Positions 1 to 9,513 of a DNA stretch of 64,000 bases are shown piece by piece. Numbering within the stretch: position 1 is the stretch's first letter; each line of letters opens with the position of its first letter. Below the pieces are notes generated by a model. That model had not been told where the DNA came from and made no database searches. It was given only the letters and a program-made list of their open reading frames with translations. Position numbers and translations under genes: made by a program. The DNA comes from Gemmatimonadota bacterium (GTDB lineage: Bacteria; Gemmatimonadota; Gemmatimonadetes; Gemmatimonadales; Gemmatimonadaceae), in the NCBI GenBank assembly GCA_003171215.1, contig PMYN01000016.1, positions 46,970 through 110,969 on the forward strand, written 5' to 3'.

Positions 1-45
1 TGCGGCTCATCGGTTGGGCCCACTACGACGCCGAGCGCGAGGTCC

Positions 46-624
46 GTGCTTCCGTGGATCGTTCCTGGAATTGCCGTCATGGCGCTCGTGGCGTTTCTCA
101 TCGGGCAGCGCGTCGCGCGCGGCGGCTCGGGTGCGGCCGCGACGGACGCCGCGCTGGACGCCACGCCTGTTCCCGCAGGAATGCGGGCGTCGGACATCTC
201 CTCGATGAGTCCGGAGGAACGCGCCAGCCGGCTTTTCGACCGAGTGATGCGCTACCGCGAGGAAGGCAAGCTCGACAGCCTGAAGATCTTCGCGCCCATG
301 GCCATCCAGGCGTTCGACATGCTCGGTCCGCCGGATGCACACGCACGCTACGACGTCGGCATGATCGGCGTGGTGAGCGGCGACGTTCAGCTCGCGCGCG
401 CCGAAGCCGATACTATCCTCGCAGCGAACAAGACACACCTGCTCGGCCTTGTACTGGCCGTGAAAGCCGCCGGACTGCGCCAGGACGCGCGTGCCATGGC
501 GGAGTATCAGCGGAGACTCGTCGCAGCCGCCCCCGCCGAGCGTGCGAAGAAGCTGAAGGAGTATGAAGATCACAAGGCCGACATCGACGCGGCACTCAAA
601 CCGACCGGAGACCGCAAGCCGTGA
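46..624 (+). CDS. hypothetical membrane-anchored protein; the frame is open to the window edge, so the true start may lie upstream
   Basis: 192-aa ORF with a hydrophobic N-terminus (LPWIVPGIAVMALVAFLIG) and a helical, TPR-like remainder. G/C-rich third codon positions. Its end overlaps the next gene start. No family recognised. Confidence 0.4.
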   Translation: MLPWIVPGIAVMALVAFLIGQRVARGGSGAAATDAALDATPVPAGMRASDISSMSPEERASRLFDRVMRYREEGKLDSLKIFAPMAIQAFDMLGPPDAHARYDVGMIGVVSGDVQLARAEADTILAANKTHLLGLVLAVKAAGLRQDARAMAEYQRRLVAAAPAERAKKLKEYEDHKADIDAALKPTGDRKP

Positions 625-1484
625 CACGAGAGATTCACGTCGCCCATAGCCCCGATTCCGACGACGCATTCATGTTCTACGCGCTCGCCGAAGGCCTCGT
701 CGAGACCGACGGGATCACGTACGTCCACGAACTGCAGGACATCGAGACGCTGAACCAGCGCGCGCTTCGCGGTGAACTCCACGTCACCGCCGTCTCCATC
801 CACGCCTATGCGTCGCTCACCGATCGCTACGCGCTGCTTACGAGCGGCGCGTCGATGGGCGATCGGTACGGGCCGCGACTCGTCTCTCGCACACCGGCCA
901 CGCGGGCGGACGTGCGGGGCAAGCGCATCGCGATTCCCGGACCGCTCACGAGCGCATACCTGGCGCTTCGCTTGTACGAGCCCGATTTCGTTCCCGTTTT
1001 TACGCCCTTCGACAGGATCGAGGACGCGGTGGTGAACGGCGACGTGGATCTCGGATTGCTGATCCACGAAGGGCAGCTCACGTTCGGCGACCGCGGCCTG
1101 CATCTGGTCGCCGACATGGGCGAGTGGTGGTTCCAGGAGACCGGACTTCCGCTTCCACTTGGCGGCAACGTCATAAGAAAGGACCTTGGCTTGCCGCTGA
1201 TGCAGATGATTTCGCGACATCTTCGCGACAGTATTGCGTATGGATTGCAACATCGCCAGCAGGCCCTTGATCATGCAATGCGGTTCGCGCGTGGCCTCGA
1301 CCGGTCCAAGGCCGATACTTTCGTGGGTATGTACGTCAACGATTGGACCCTCGACTATGGCGACCGTGGCCGCCGCGCAATTCGAGAGTTCCTCGGTCGC
1401 GGCGTTGCGGCTGGATTCATTCCGCGCAGCGTGACGGTGGAATTCGTCGAAGACGCTGCGCCGCGGACACCCGCGGCGAAATGA
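621..1484 (+). CDS. MqnA/MqnD-family protein (futalosine-route menaquinone biosynthesis, periplasmic-binding-protein fold)
   Basis: The N-terminal HVAHSPDSDDAFMFYAL motif and ~287-aa length are typical of the MqnA/MqnD (COG2107-like) family. The GTG start overlaps the upstream stop (GTGA). Confidence 0.55.
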   Translation: MTREIHVAHSPDSDDAFMFYALAEGLVETDGITYVHELQDIETLNQRALRGELHVTAVSIHAYASLTDRYALLTSGASMGDRYGPRLVSRTPATRADVRGKRIAIPGPLTSAYLALRLYEPDFVPVFTPFDRIEDAVVNGDVDLGLLIHEGQLTFGDRGLHLVADMGEWWFQETGLPLPLGGNVIRKDLGLPLMQMISRHLRDSIAYGLQHRQQALDHAMRFARGLDRSKADTFVGMYVNDWTLDYGDRGRRAIREFLGRGVAAGFIPRSVTVEFVEDAAPRTPAAK

Positions 1485-2590
1485 GCGATCGGACTCCCGT
1501 CGCCGCGCGCATTTCGCGCGTCTTCAATTCCATCGGCGAGCCCACGACGCGACGCGTGCTTGTCGTGGACGATGAGGAGTCCATTCGCAATGCGATCGGA
1601 AAATTCCTGAAGTCGCGCGGCTACGACGTGGCGGTCGTCGAGAACGGTGCCGACGCGCTCGACGCGCTGCAGCGGGAGCGATTCGACGTCCTGCTCTGCG
1701 ATGTGCGCATGCCGTCGATGTCGGGCACCGAGGTCGTGCCGCGCGCCATCGAGCTCCGTCCGGATCTGGCCGTGCTCATGCTCACCGCTGTGAACGACGC
1801 CCCCACTGCGACCGAAGCGCTCGCGCAGGGCGCGATGGATTACCTCATGAAGCCCGTCGAACTCGACGACCTCGCGAAGGCCGTCGAGCGCGCCGTGCGG
1901 AAGCGCGACCTCGAAATCCAGCAGCGGAACATCGAACGGATGATTCGCGAGGAGGTCGCGCTTCGCACGGGGGAGCTGCGCCGCGAACAGGCACTGCTCG
2001 CCGAGATTTCCATCTCGATCGTGCGCGCGCTCGTGAACGCGCGGGAAGCGAAGGACCCGTTCCTTCGCGGTCACTCGCAGAGGGTCGCCGCGATGAGCGC
2101 CGCGATCGCGTCGGCGATGGGACTTCCCGACGACGCCGTCGAGGATCTCCGTCTCTCGGGCCAATTGCACGATATCGGGAAGATCGGCATTCCCGAGGCG
2201 CTCTTGCACAAGGCGGGTCCGCTGACCGAGGAGGAATACACGCGCGTGAAGGAACATGTGCGCATCGGCATGGACATCCTTTCTCCGCTCACGCCGCTCG
2301 CTCGCGTGCTCCCCGCCATCCAGGATCATCACGAGCGGTGGGACGGCAGCGGCTATCCGCGCCAGCTCGCCGGCGAACAGATCTCGCTAGGCGGGCGGAT
2401 CCTCGCCGCAGTCGATGCGTTCGACGCGCTCACCTCACGGCGCGCCTACCGCGAACCGCTGACGCCGCACGAGACCATAGAGCTGCTATCGCACAGCGTG
2501 GGGACCCATCTGGACCCGGCCGTAATTGAGGCGCTGCGCCGGACGGTTCTCGGGCACACGTCCTTGCATTTCGGCGACGAAGCGCACTAA
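1481..2590 (+). CDS. response regulator with receiver domain plus HD-GYP domain (RpfG-like c-di-GMP phosphodiesterase type)
   Basis: Receiver motifs VLVVDDEESIRN ... DVLLCDVRMPSMSG ... MKP. HD-GYP motifs LHDIGKIGIP and HHERWDGSGYP. The ATG at 1481 overlaps the upstream stop (ATGA). Confidence 0.85.
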   Translation: MSDRTPVAARISRVFNSIGEPTTRRVLVVDDEESIRNAIGKFLKSRGYDVAVVENGADALDALQRERFDVLLCDVRMPSMSGTEVVPRAIELRPDLAVLMLTAVNDAPTATEALAQGAMDYLMKPVELDDLAKAVERAVRKRDLEIQQRNIERMIREEVALRTGELRREQALLAEISISIVRALVNAREAKDPFLRGHSQRVAAMSAAIASAMGLPDDAVEDLRLSGQLHDIGKIGIPEALLHKAGPLTEEEYTRVKEHVRIGMDILSPLTPLARVLPAIQDHHERWDGSGYPRQLAGEQISLGGRILAAVDAFDALTSRRAYREPLTPHETIELLSHSVGTHLDPAVIEALRRTVLGHTSLHFGDEAH

Positions 2591-2710
2591 CTGTTGGCGG
2601 CGCACACGCGCACGTCCGCTCCAGTGTGGCGCCAGCGCTTGACGGCTTGCCGCGCCCGGTGTATTCAGCGGTTGTAGGATCCGCCAATTTATATTTCGAT
2701 AGGAGGCACA

Positions 2711-3442
2711 ATGACTCGCGGCGATGACATGCACAACGAGAAATCCTTCGACCGCGACGACGAGGGGGAAGAACTCGGCGGCTTCACGGGCGGCATTCCG
2801 TACGACGAGGAGGAGGACGAGGACGGAGGCTGGGCAATCAACAAGGACCACAGCGATTCGCTGTGGGACAGCGCCGAAGAATCCGACGATGACGACGAAG
2901 AGACCACCGAGCTCGTCGACGCAGGCGAGGGAACCGAGGAAGAGGAGCCCGACCTCTTCGGCGGCGGACTGAGCACGCCTCGCCGCCGCGGACGCCGTCC
3001 GGCCGAAAAGCCCGCGGTCGCCGAGATCGCCGTCACGGTCGCTCCCGCCGCGGCTGGCGCGGCGCTCGGCGCGGCCGTGGCAAAGAAGGGCGTTGCGCCT
3101 CCGAAGGCAGCTCCGAAGGCAGCTCCGAAGGCAGCTCCGAAGGCAGCTCCGAAGGCAGCTCCGAAGGCAGCTCCGAAGGCAGCTCCGAAGGCAGCTCCGA
3201 AGGCAGCTCCGAAGCCAGCTCCGAAGCCCGTCTCGAAGGCAGCGGCGAAGCCCGTGGCCAAGGCCGCGAAGCCCGCCAAGGCAAAGGCTGCGCCGAAGGC
3301 CAAGAAGGCCGCCGCGCCCAAGAAAAAGCCGATCAAGGCGGCGAAGAAGTCGCCGAAAATCAAGGCCGAGAAGGCCAAGAGCCCGAAGAAACCGGCGCCG
3401 AAAACGAAGAAAACGACGAAAAAGGCACGTCCGAAGAAGTAG
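2711..3442 (+). CDS. charge-bipolar protein: acidic N-terminal half plus Ala/Lys/Pro-rich histone-H1/AlgP-like basic tail
   Basis: AGGAGG lies 6 nt upstream of the ATG. The N-terminal part is rich in D/E (EEEDEDGGW, SDDDDEETTE, GTEEEEPD). The C-terminal part is (PKAA)n followed by KKAAAPKKKPIKAAKKSPK. Confidence 0.7.
   Translation: MTRGDDMHNEKSFDRDDEGEELGGFTGGIPYDEEEDEDGGWAINKDHSDSLWDSAEESDDDDEETTELVDAGEGTEEEEPDLFGGGLSTPRRRGRRPAEKPAVAEIAVTVAPAAAGAALGAAVAKKGVAPPKAAPKAAPKAAPKAAPKAAPKAAPKAAPKAAPKAAPKPAPKPVSKAAAKPVAKAAKPAKAKAAPKAKKAAAPKKKPIKAAKKSPKIKAEKAKSPKKPAPKTKKTTKKARPKK
3101..3220. repeat. 12-bp tandem repeat ccgaaggcagct: 9 perfect plus 1 imperfect copy, inside the CDS, encoding (PKAA)n
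   Basis: Counted directly. Perfect units start at 3101, 3113, 3125, 3137, 3149, 3161, 3173, 3185 and 3197. The 10th unit has one substitution. Confidence 0.95.
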
Positions 3443-3454
3443 GAGAGCAGTCTT

Positions 3455-3479
3455 AACGCGCCCTCATGCCGGGCGCGTT
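3455..3479 (+). terminator. stem-loop downstream of the histone-like gene (possible terminator, no strong T tract)
   Basis: aacgcgccc / gggcgcgtt form a 9-bp perfect stem with a 7-nt loop, 13 nt after the stop codon. Confidence 0.4.
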
Positions 3480-3516
3480 CCTCGAAGTTTCCCGGCGCCA
3501 GAGTTATCCTACGCGG

Positions 3517-4062
3517 ATGCCCGACTCCCCCGTCGCTCTGCTCCGTGCGCACGCGCGCCACGCGCCGTGGAACGCTCGCGGGCTCGCGGCGCATGCCACA
3601 TCACTGGTCGACGCCGCGGGAATGCGGCCCACGAACGCATCGGCTCGCGCCACTCCGAGTGCGCGAGCGATCCGGTTCTACGTCGCGAGCGGACTCCTCG
3701 ACCATCCCGAAGGCAAGGGCACGGCCGCGACCTACCACTATCGGCACCTGTTGCAGCTGCTCGCCATCAAGATCCGGCAGCGCGAGGGACAAACGCTCGA
3801 CGTCATCAAGACGGAAATGCTCGGGGTGACGGGTGATCTGCTCGAGAAACGTGTCGCGCAGTCGCTTGCCCCAGCGCTCGGGGCCGGTGCGGATCGCGCG
3901 GTGGCGCATGACGACGACGCGCCGGAGTCCTGGCGTCGCATCGGCGTCGCCGACGGCATCGAGCTCAGCGTCCGGCACGACTCTCCCGCGGCTACCGACG
4001 ACGCGCTCGTCGCGATTCGCGAGGCGATCCGGGCCGCACTTGGGCGCGAGGACTTGCGATGA
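3517..4062 (+). CDS. MerR-like helix-turn-helix protein (putative transcriptional regulator)
   Basis: The segment ARAIRFYVASGLLDHPEGKGTAATYHYRHLLQLLAIKIRQREGQTLDVI resembles the MerR recognition-helix/wing pattern (xIRyYxxxGLL...Y..xhl..L..I). The start is placed at ATG 3517 because the longer ORF start (3466) lies inside the upstream hairpin. Confidence 0.45.
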   Translation: MPDSPVALLRAHARHAPWNARGLAAHATSLVDAAGMRPTNASARATPSARAIRFYVASGLLDHPEGKGTAATYHYRHLLQLLAIKIRQREGQTLDVIKTEMLGVTGDLLEKRVAQSLAPALGAGADRAVAHDDDAPESWRRIGVADGIELSVRHDSPAATDDALVAIREAIRAALGREDLR

Positions 4063-4790
4063 ACGGCGCCACGCCCGCGCAGCGCTTCGACGGCAAGTCC
4101 GTCGTCGTCACCGGCGTCGGGCGCACCGGACAAGTGGGCGAAGTCGTCGCCAGGGAGTTCGCGAAACGCGGCGCGGCCGTCGCGATCATCGACCGCGACG
4201 GCGCCGGCGCCGAGACGCTTGCCGCCGCGATGCGCGCGGACGGGCTCGCCGTCAACGCGTACGGCTGCGATCTCACCGACGCCGCCGCGGCCGCCGCCAC
4301 ATTCGCGCGAATCGCCGCCACGAACGGCGCAAACATTCACGCGCTGGCGAACGTCGCCGGCGGGTTCGCGATGAGCGGGCCGGTCGCCGAGAGCGATCCG
4401 GCAGTCTTCCAGCGACAGCTCGCGATCAACCTCGGATCCGCGTACGGCGCGACGCGCGCCTGCATTCCGTTCATGCGCGCGGCTGGCGGCGGCATCGTGT
4501 TCATGGCCGCGGCCGCGATCCTCCCGGGCGGGAAGGTGGCCGGCATGGCAGGCTACGCGGCGTCTAAGGCGGGAGTCACCGCCCTGATGCGCGCGGTGGC
4601 TCAGGAGGAGCGGCCGAACGGCATCCGTGCGAACGCGCTTGCGCCGACGGCCATCCGCACCGGCGTGAATCTCGAGTCGATGGGTGACAAATTCGCGTAC
4701 GTGGAGCGGGAGTCCGTCGCAGGAGTCATCGCCTTCCTCTGTTCGAAAGAGGCCGCCAACATCACCGGCCAGGTCATCGAACTCGCTTGA
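4059..4790 (+). CDS. short-chain dehydrogenase/reductase (SDR) family oxidoreductase
   Basis: Rossmann motif VVVTGVGRTGQVG, catalytic YAASKAG, and a typical ~243-aa length. Confidence 0.85.
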   Translation: MNGATPAQRFDGKSVVVTGVGRTGQVGEVVAREFAKRGAAVAIIDRDGAGAETLAAAMRADGLAVNAYGCDLTDAAAAAATFARIAATNGANIHALANVAGGFAMSGPVAESDPAVFQRQLAINLGSAYGATRACIPFMRAAGGGIVFMAAAAILPGGKVAGMAGYAASKAGVTALMRAVAQEERPNGIRANALAPTAIRTGVNLESMGDKFAYVERESVAGVIAFLCSKEAANITGQVIELA

Positions 4791-5635
4791 CCGCCCCCCG
4801 CCGACGGCAGCTGTCTCGCCTCGTAGTGCTTGATCGCTCACTCGAGGCGCTTCCGCTCTTTCGGCTCAGCGACTCCGCCGATGACTCGGCGATCGATTTT
4901 ACTGCGGAAGGCGGGGGCCGCTGGCGCGTGCTGCCGGCACCTGGAGAGCGGCTTCCAGGCACGTTCGACCAGGATGTGTACGTCGAACTGCTGCGGCGTT
5001 TCCACGAGGCGGGTTCGCCGGCCGACGGCGCCGTGTCGTTCACGCTTCACGCATTCCTGCGCTCGATGGGGCGTCGTGTCGACGGCCGCACCTACGAGCA
5101 GCTGCGTGCCGCGCTGACCAGACTCGAGCGCACCACGCTCGAGTCGCACGGCGTGTATCACGATGCGGCCGCCGACAGTGCGGTCACCGGACAGATCACC
5201 GTGCTTTCATCCGTCCACATCGATCGCCGTCGACTGACCGACCGCGACCAGCTCGCGCTCTTCTCCCTGCTCACGAACAACGAGCCGGGTGACGCGCGCA
5301 TCGTCTTTTCGTCGGCGGTCCGCGCCAACCTGGCGGCCGGCCACACGGTAACGCTCTCGGCGCCGCGCTATTTCGCTCTCAACTCACCGGTGGCCCGCCG
5401 GATCTACCGGTTGCTGGAAGTCGCCCGGGCCGAGAGCGGACCTTCCTGGCGGATTTCCCTGGAACGCCTGGCGGCGCAACTGCCGCTTGTGCAGCGATAT
5501 CCGTCGCATCTTCAGCGCGTCCTGCAGCCGGCGCACGAAATGCTCGTGGCGGCCGGGCTTTTGCGCGCCGCGTCCTTCGAACAGGACGGAAAGGCCTGGT
5601 TCGCGGAATATTCGCTCGGCCCCAAGGTGTCCTGA
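4787..5635 (+). CDS. replication initiator protein A (RPA/RepA-like) family protein
   Basis: The N-terminus LVVLDRSLEALPLFRLS ... GTFDQDVYVELL ... VSFTLHAFLRSMGRRVDGRTYEQLRAALTRLERTTLES follows the RPA-family pattern (PF10134-like). The only available start is TTG at 4787, overlapping the SDR stop, or a nearby GTG. Confidence 0.55.
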   Translation: MTAPRRRQLSRLVVLDRSLEALPLFRLSDSADDSAIDFTAEGGGRWRVLPAPGERLPGTFDQDVYVELLRRFHEAGSPADGAVSFTLHAFLRSMGRRVDGRTYEQLRAALTRLERTTLESHGVYHDAAADSAVTGQITVLSSVHIDRRRLTDRDQLALFSLLTNNEPGDARIVFSSAVRANLAAGHTVTLSAPRYFALNSPVARRIYRLLEVARAESGPSWRISLERLAAQLPLVQRYPSHLQRVLQPAHEMLVAAGLLRAASFEQDGKAWFAEYSLGPKVS

Positions 5636-5719
5636 AGGGTTTTTGAAAGGAACCCTCCTTTGCGAAGGGCGTATGGAGAGGGTATTCTCCGTGTCCATCC
5701 TTCCGTCAGCTGGAGCCCC

Positions 5720-7330
5720 ATGCCTCGCTTCCCCAAGGCCGCCGTCGTCGGCCTGTTGCTCGTCCCGATTATTGCCGGCGCGTTCGTCCTTCAGGATCGC
5801 GGCGCGCAGCGTGGCGCAAAGCTGTTCGATCAGGTGCTCAGCCTCGTCGCCGATCGCTACGTCGATTCCGTGGATGTCGGCGCGCTCTATGAGAAGGCGG
5901 CGCGAGGGCTGATCGCACAACTGAAGGATCCGTATGCCGAGCTCTACTCGCCCAAGCAGGTTGAGGCCTTCAACCAGAACACGGGCGGTTTCTACGCCGG
6001 CACCGGCATGTCGATCGAGGACCAGCACGGGAACATCACCGTCGTCAAAGTCTTCCCGCACACACCCGCGGCCGAAGCGGGCATCATGACGGGCGACCAG
6101 ATCGTCTACGTCGACACGTTCAATGTTCGCGCGCACAGCTGGAAGACGGACTCGGTTTCCGCGCATTTGAAGGGAGCGCCGGGAACGAAGGTCACCGCGA
6201 AGTTCCTTCGCGCGGGCGTACCGGAACCGTTCGCGGTGCCGTTCGTCCGCCGCGTCGTCCGCATACCCGCCGTCGAGTTCGCGATCATGCTCGACAACAA
6301 GACAGCGTACATCCCGGTGCAGCAGTTCAACGCGACGGCGGCTCCCGAAGTCGCCGCGGCGCTGCAGCGGCTCACCGCGGAAGGCGCGAAGAGCGTCATC
6401 CTCGACCTGCGCGAGAATGGCGGCGGATATCTGGATCAGGCGATCGAGATGACCAACCTCTTCATCCCGAAGGGCAAGGAAATCCTGACCCAGCGCGGCC
6501 GCGGCGAACCGCCGGTGACGTACACCACCCAGAGTGCGGCGATGGTACCGTCGCTTCCGATGGTCGTGCTCACGGACGGCTACACCGCGTCGGCATCGGA
6601 AATCGTCGCCGGCGCACTGCAGGATCACGATCGCGCGCTGCTCCTCGGCACGACGTCATTCGGCAAGGGACTCGTGCAGGGAACGTACGGGCTTGACGGT
6701 GGCTACATGATCAAGCTGACGACCGGCAAGTGGTATACGCCGAGCGGACGTTCGATCCAGAAGGACAGGATCCTCACGGACGACGGACAGCTGATCGAAA
6801 CGCACCCCGATTCGCTCGAGAGCGACTCGGCGCGCAAGGCGCGCCCGAAGTTCAAGTCGGACGCCGGGCGCGTGGTGTACGGCGGCGGCGCGATCACGCC
6901 CGACGTCTACGTACCGTACGACACGCTGACGACCGCGGAACAGAAGCTGGCTCACGAGCTCACCGGGAAGAACGGGCTCGAGACGGCACTCGCGCTCGAC
7001 GCGTATGCGCTCGAGATGAAGACCAAGGTGAAGCCCGATTTCGTCATCACCGCCGAAATGCGCGACGACCTCTATCAGCGCTTCGCGAAGCGCGGCGTGG
7101 TGGTCGACCGGAAAGTCTATGATGCCGGCTCGCGCTACCTCGATCGCGTGCTGGACAGCAGGATCTCCGGGTTCGCGTTCGGCGATTCGACCGCGAAGCG
7201 CCGCCAGGTTTCCGATGACCGCCAGCTGCTGAGGGCGATTGAAATCCTGCGGAAGGGCGCGACCACCAAGGATCTGCTGGCGCTCGCCGCGGCGAACCCC
7301 GGCACGTTCGAAAAGCCGAAACAGAAGTAG
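5720..7330 (+). CDS. S41 family C-terminal processing peptidase (Ctp/Prc-like) with PDZ domain
   Basis: Signal-like N-terminus. PDZ segment (GDQIVYVD). S41 core LDLRENGGGYL ... TDGYTASASEIVAGALQDHDRALLLGTTSFGKG. ATG 5720 is chosen over the longer ORF start. Confidence 0.9.
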   Translation: MPRFPKAAVVGLLLVPIIAGAFVLQDRGAQRGAKLFDQVLSLVADRYVDSVDVGALYEKAARGLIAQLKDPYAELYSPKQVEAFNQNTGGFYAGTGMSIEDQHGNITVVKVFPHTPAAEAGIMTGDQIVYVDTFNVRAHSWKTDSVSAHLKGAPGTKVTAKFLRAGVPEPFAVPFVRRVVRIPAVEFAIMLDNKTAYIPVQQFNATAAPEVAAALQRLTAEGAKSVILDLRENGGGYLDQAIEMTNLFIPKGKEILTQRGRGEPPVTYTTQSAAMVPSLPMVVLTDGYTASASEIVAGALQDHDRALLLGTTSFGKGLVQGTYGLDGGYMIKLTTGKWYTPSGRSIQKDRILTDDGQLIETHPDSLESDSARKARPKFKSDAGRVVYGGGAITPDVYVPYDTLTTAEQKLAHELTGKNGLETALALDAYALEMKTKVKPDFVITAEMRDDLYQRFAKRGVVVDRKVYDAGSRYLDRVLDSRISGFAFGDSTAKRRQVSDDRQLLRAIEILRKGATTKDLLALAAANPGTFEKPKQK

Positions 7331-7334
7331 GCGA

Positions 7335-8381
7335 ATGCGATCTTCCATCTCCGTTCTCGCCGCCGCGGTCATCGCGGCGGCGCCCGCGGCCAGCGCGCAG
7401 GTCAACATCGCGCGCGAGGCGCTGCCGGGCGAGTCGCACCTCTCGAACCTCCACCAGCTGACCAACACCGGCACTCAGGCCGAAGCGTACTTCAGCCGCG
7501 ACGGCCGGTGGATCACGTTCCAGTCCACGCGCGAAGGCCGGACATGCGACCAGCAGTACGTGATGAAGACCGACGGCACCGGCCTCAAGCAGGTGTCCAA
7601 CGGAAAGGGAAAGACGACCTGCGGGTGGTTCCTTCCCGACGGCAAGACGCTCTTCTTCGGTTCGTCAGGCGCGAACCAGGCCGAGTGCCCGCCGAAGCTC
7701 GATCCCTCAAAGGGCTACGTGTGGGGCCTCGACCCGTTCGACATCTACACCGTCAAACGTGACGGAACGGGCCTCAAGCGCATCACGAATTACAACACCT
7801 ACACGGCGGAGGGCGTGCTCTCGCCCGACGGCAAGCGCATGGTGTTCACGTCGTTGAAGGACGGTGACCTCGACATCTATACGATGAACGTCGACGGCAC
7901 CGACGTCCGCCAACTCACGCATCAGGCGGGATACGACGGCGGCCCGTGGTGGTCGCCCGACGGCAAGAAGATCGCGTACCGCGCGTATCACCCGACCGAC
8001 CCGGCCGAGCTCAAGGATTACAAGGATCTCCTCAAGCAGAACATCGTGCGGCCAAACAAGATGGAGCTCTGGGTGATGAACGCCGACGGCAGCGACCAGC
8101 ACCAAGTCACGCACCTCGGTGGCGCGAACTTCGGCCCGTCATGGACCCACGACGGCAAGCGGCTGATCTTCTCGTCGAACTACAAGAATCCGCGCAGCGG
8201 GAACTTCGACCTCTACATGATCGGCCTCGACGGCTCCGGCCTCGAGCAGATTACCGTCGACGAGGGATTCGACGGCTTTCCCATGTTCAGCCCCGACGGC
8301 ACGAAGCTCATCTGGGCATCCCAGCGCGCGGATCCGAAGTCGGGCGACGTCAACCTCTACATCGCGGACTTCAAGCCCTGA
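7335..8381 (+). CDS. secreted TolB-like beta-propeller (PD40/WD40-like repeat) protein
   Basis: Signal peptide MRSSISVLAAAVIAAAPAASAQ. Repeated xSPDGKxxxF / DIYxM(N)xDGT motifs typical of PD40 repeats. Confidence 0.8.
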   Translation: MRSSISVLAAAVIAAAPAASAQVNIAREALPGESHLSNLHQLTNTGTQAEAYFSRDGRWITFQSTREGRTCDQQYVMKTDGTGLKQVSNGKGKTTCGWFLPDGKTLFFGSSGANQAECPPKLDPSKGYVWGLDPFDIYTVKRDGTGLKRITNYNTYTAEGVLSPDGKRMVFTSLKDGDLDIYTMNVDGTDVRQLTHQAGYDGGPWWSPDGKKIAYRAYHPTDPAELKDYKDLLKQNIVRPNKMELWVMNADGSDQHQVTHLGGANFGPSWTHDGKRLIFSSNYKNPRSGNFDLYMIGLDGSGLEQITVDEGFDGFPMFSPDGTKLIWASQRADPKSGDVNLYIADFKP

Positions 8382-8481
8382 CCGATGCGCGCGGCGCAAA
8401 ATCGCGCCGTGCGTTGCCGGGCCGGAAGCGCGGCGGTAGTATCAGCGGGACGGTTCGGTTTCTCCTCACGCCCCGCTTCCC

Positions 8482-9510
8482 ATGCCATTCCTCTATTTCC
8501 TCGTCGCTGTCGTGATCGGCGCGCTGTGGATAGGCGCGCGCTCCTTCAAGATCATCGGCCAGGCCGAAGTCATGGTCATCGAGCGCCTCGGCCGCTTCCA
8601 CCGCGTCGCCCGCTCGGGATTCAATATCCTGATCCCGTTCATCGAGCAGCCGCGGTCCATCGACGTGCGCTATCTCGCGTCGGACGCCAGCGGCCAGAAG
8701 CGTCTGATGGCAAGCACGACGAATCGCATCGACCTGCGAGAGCAGGTGCTCAACTTCCCGAGCCAGCCCGTCATCACGAAGGACAACGTCACGATCGACA
8801 TCGACGCGGTGATCTACTACCGCGTGGCCGACCCGCAGAAGGCGACGTACGCCGTGCAGAACCTGCCGTACGCGCTCGAGACGCTCACGCGCACGACGCT
8901 CCGCAACATCGTCGGCGAGATGGAGCTCGACCAGTGCCTCGTCAGCCGCGACCAGATCAACAAGCGGATGCGCGAGACGATCGAGGAAGCCTCGCTCGGC
9001 TGGGGCGTGGACGTCACGCGCGTCGAGCTGCAGAGCATCGAGCCGCCGCGCGACATCCAGCAGTCGATGGAGCTGCAGATGCGCGCCGAGCGCGAGCGCC
9101 GCGCGGCCGTCACGAACGCCGAGGCGGGAAAGCGCGCCGCGATCCTCGAATCGGAAGGCCTGCGCGAGTCGCAGATCCAGAAGGCCCAGGGCGAGAAGGA
9201 AGCGTCGATCCTCCGGGCGCAGGGACTCGCGGAAGCGCGGCTCGCGATGGCGAACGCCGAGGGAGAAGCGGTGAAGCTGCTCACGGCTTCGCTGCCGCCC
9301 GGCGAGGCCGCGATGTACCTGCTCGGGCTCAAGTACCTCGAAGCGCTGCCGTCGCTCGCGCAGGGCAAGGGGTCGACCATCTTCCTGCCGGCTGAAGCCG
9401 CCGGCGTGATGGGCGCGATCGGCTCGATGCGCGAGCTGCTTCGCGGCAGGCAAGTCGACACGAGCCCGCCTGCACTTCCCGGTGCCGGCCCATTGGGCCA
9501 GCTGAAGTAA
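8482..9510 (+). CDS. SPFH/band-7 (stomatin/prohibitin-like) membrane protein
   Basis: N-terminal TM, then IIGQAEVMVIERLGRFHRVARSGFNILIPFIE ... TKDNVTIDIDAVIYYRVADP, followed by a coiled-coil E/R/A-rich tail. Confidence 0.9.
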   Translation: MPFLYFLVAVVIGALWIGARSFKIIGQAEVMVIERLGRFHRVARSGFNILIPFIEQPRSIDVRYLASDASGQKRLMASTTNRIDLREQVLNFPSQPVITKDNVTIDIDAVIYYRVADPQKATYAVQNLPYALETLTRTTLRNIVGEMELDQCLVSRDQINKRMRETIEEASLGWGVDVTRVELQSIEPPRDIQQSMELQMRAERERRAAVTNAEAGKRAAILESEGLRESQIQKAQGEKEASILRAQGLAEARLAMANAEGEAVKLLTASLPPGEAAMYLLGLKYLEALPSLAQGKGSTIFLPAEAAGVMGAIGSMRELLRGRQVDTSPPALPGAGPLGQLK

Positions 9511-9513
9511 CCT

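Noticed and set aside
2689-3594. 301-aa minus-strand ORF with FGAA repeats, and the plus-strand RRQL-repeat frame 3093-3836
   Set aside because: Both are alternative readings of the 12-bp repeat. The frame starting at 2711 has a strong Shine-Dalgarno and a coherent acidic/basic protein.
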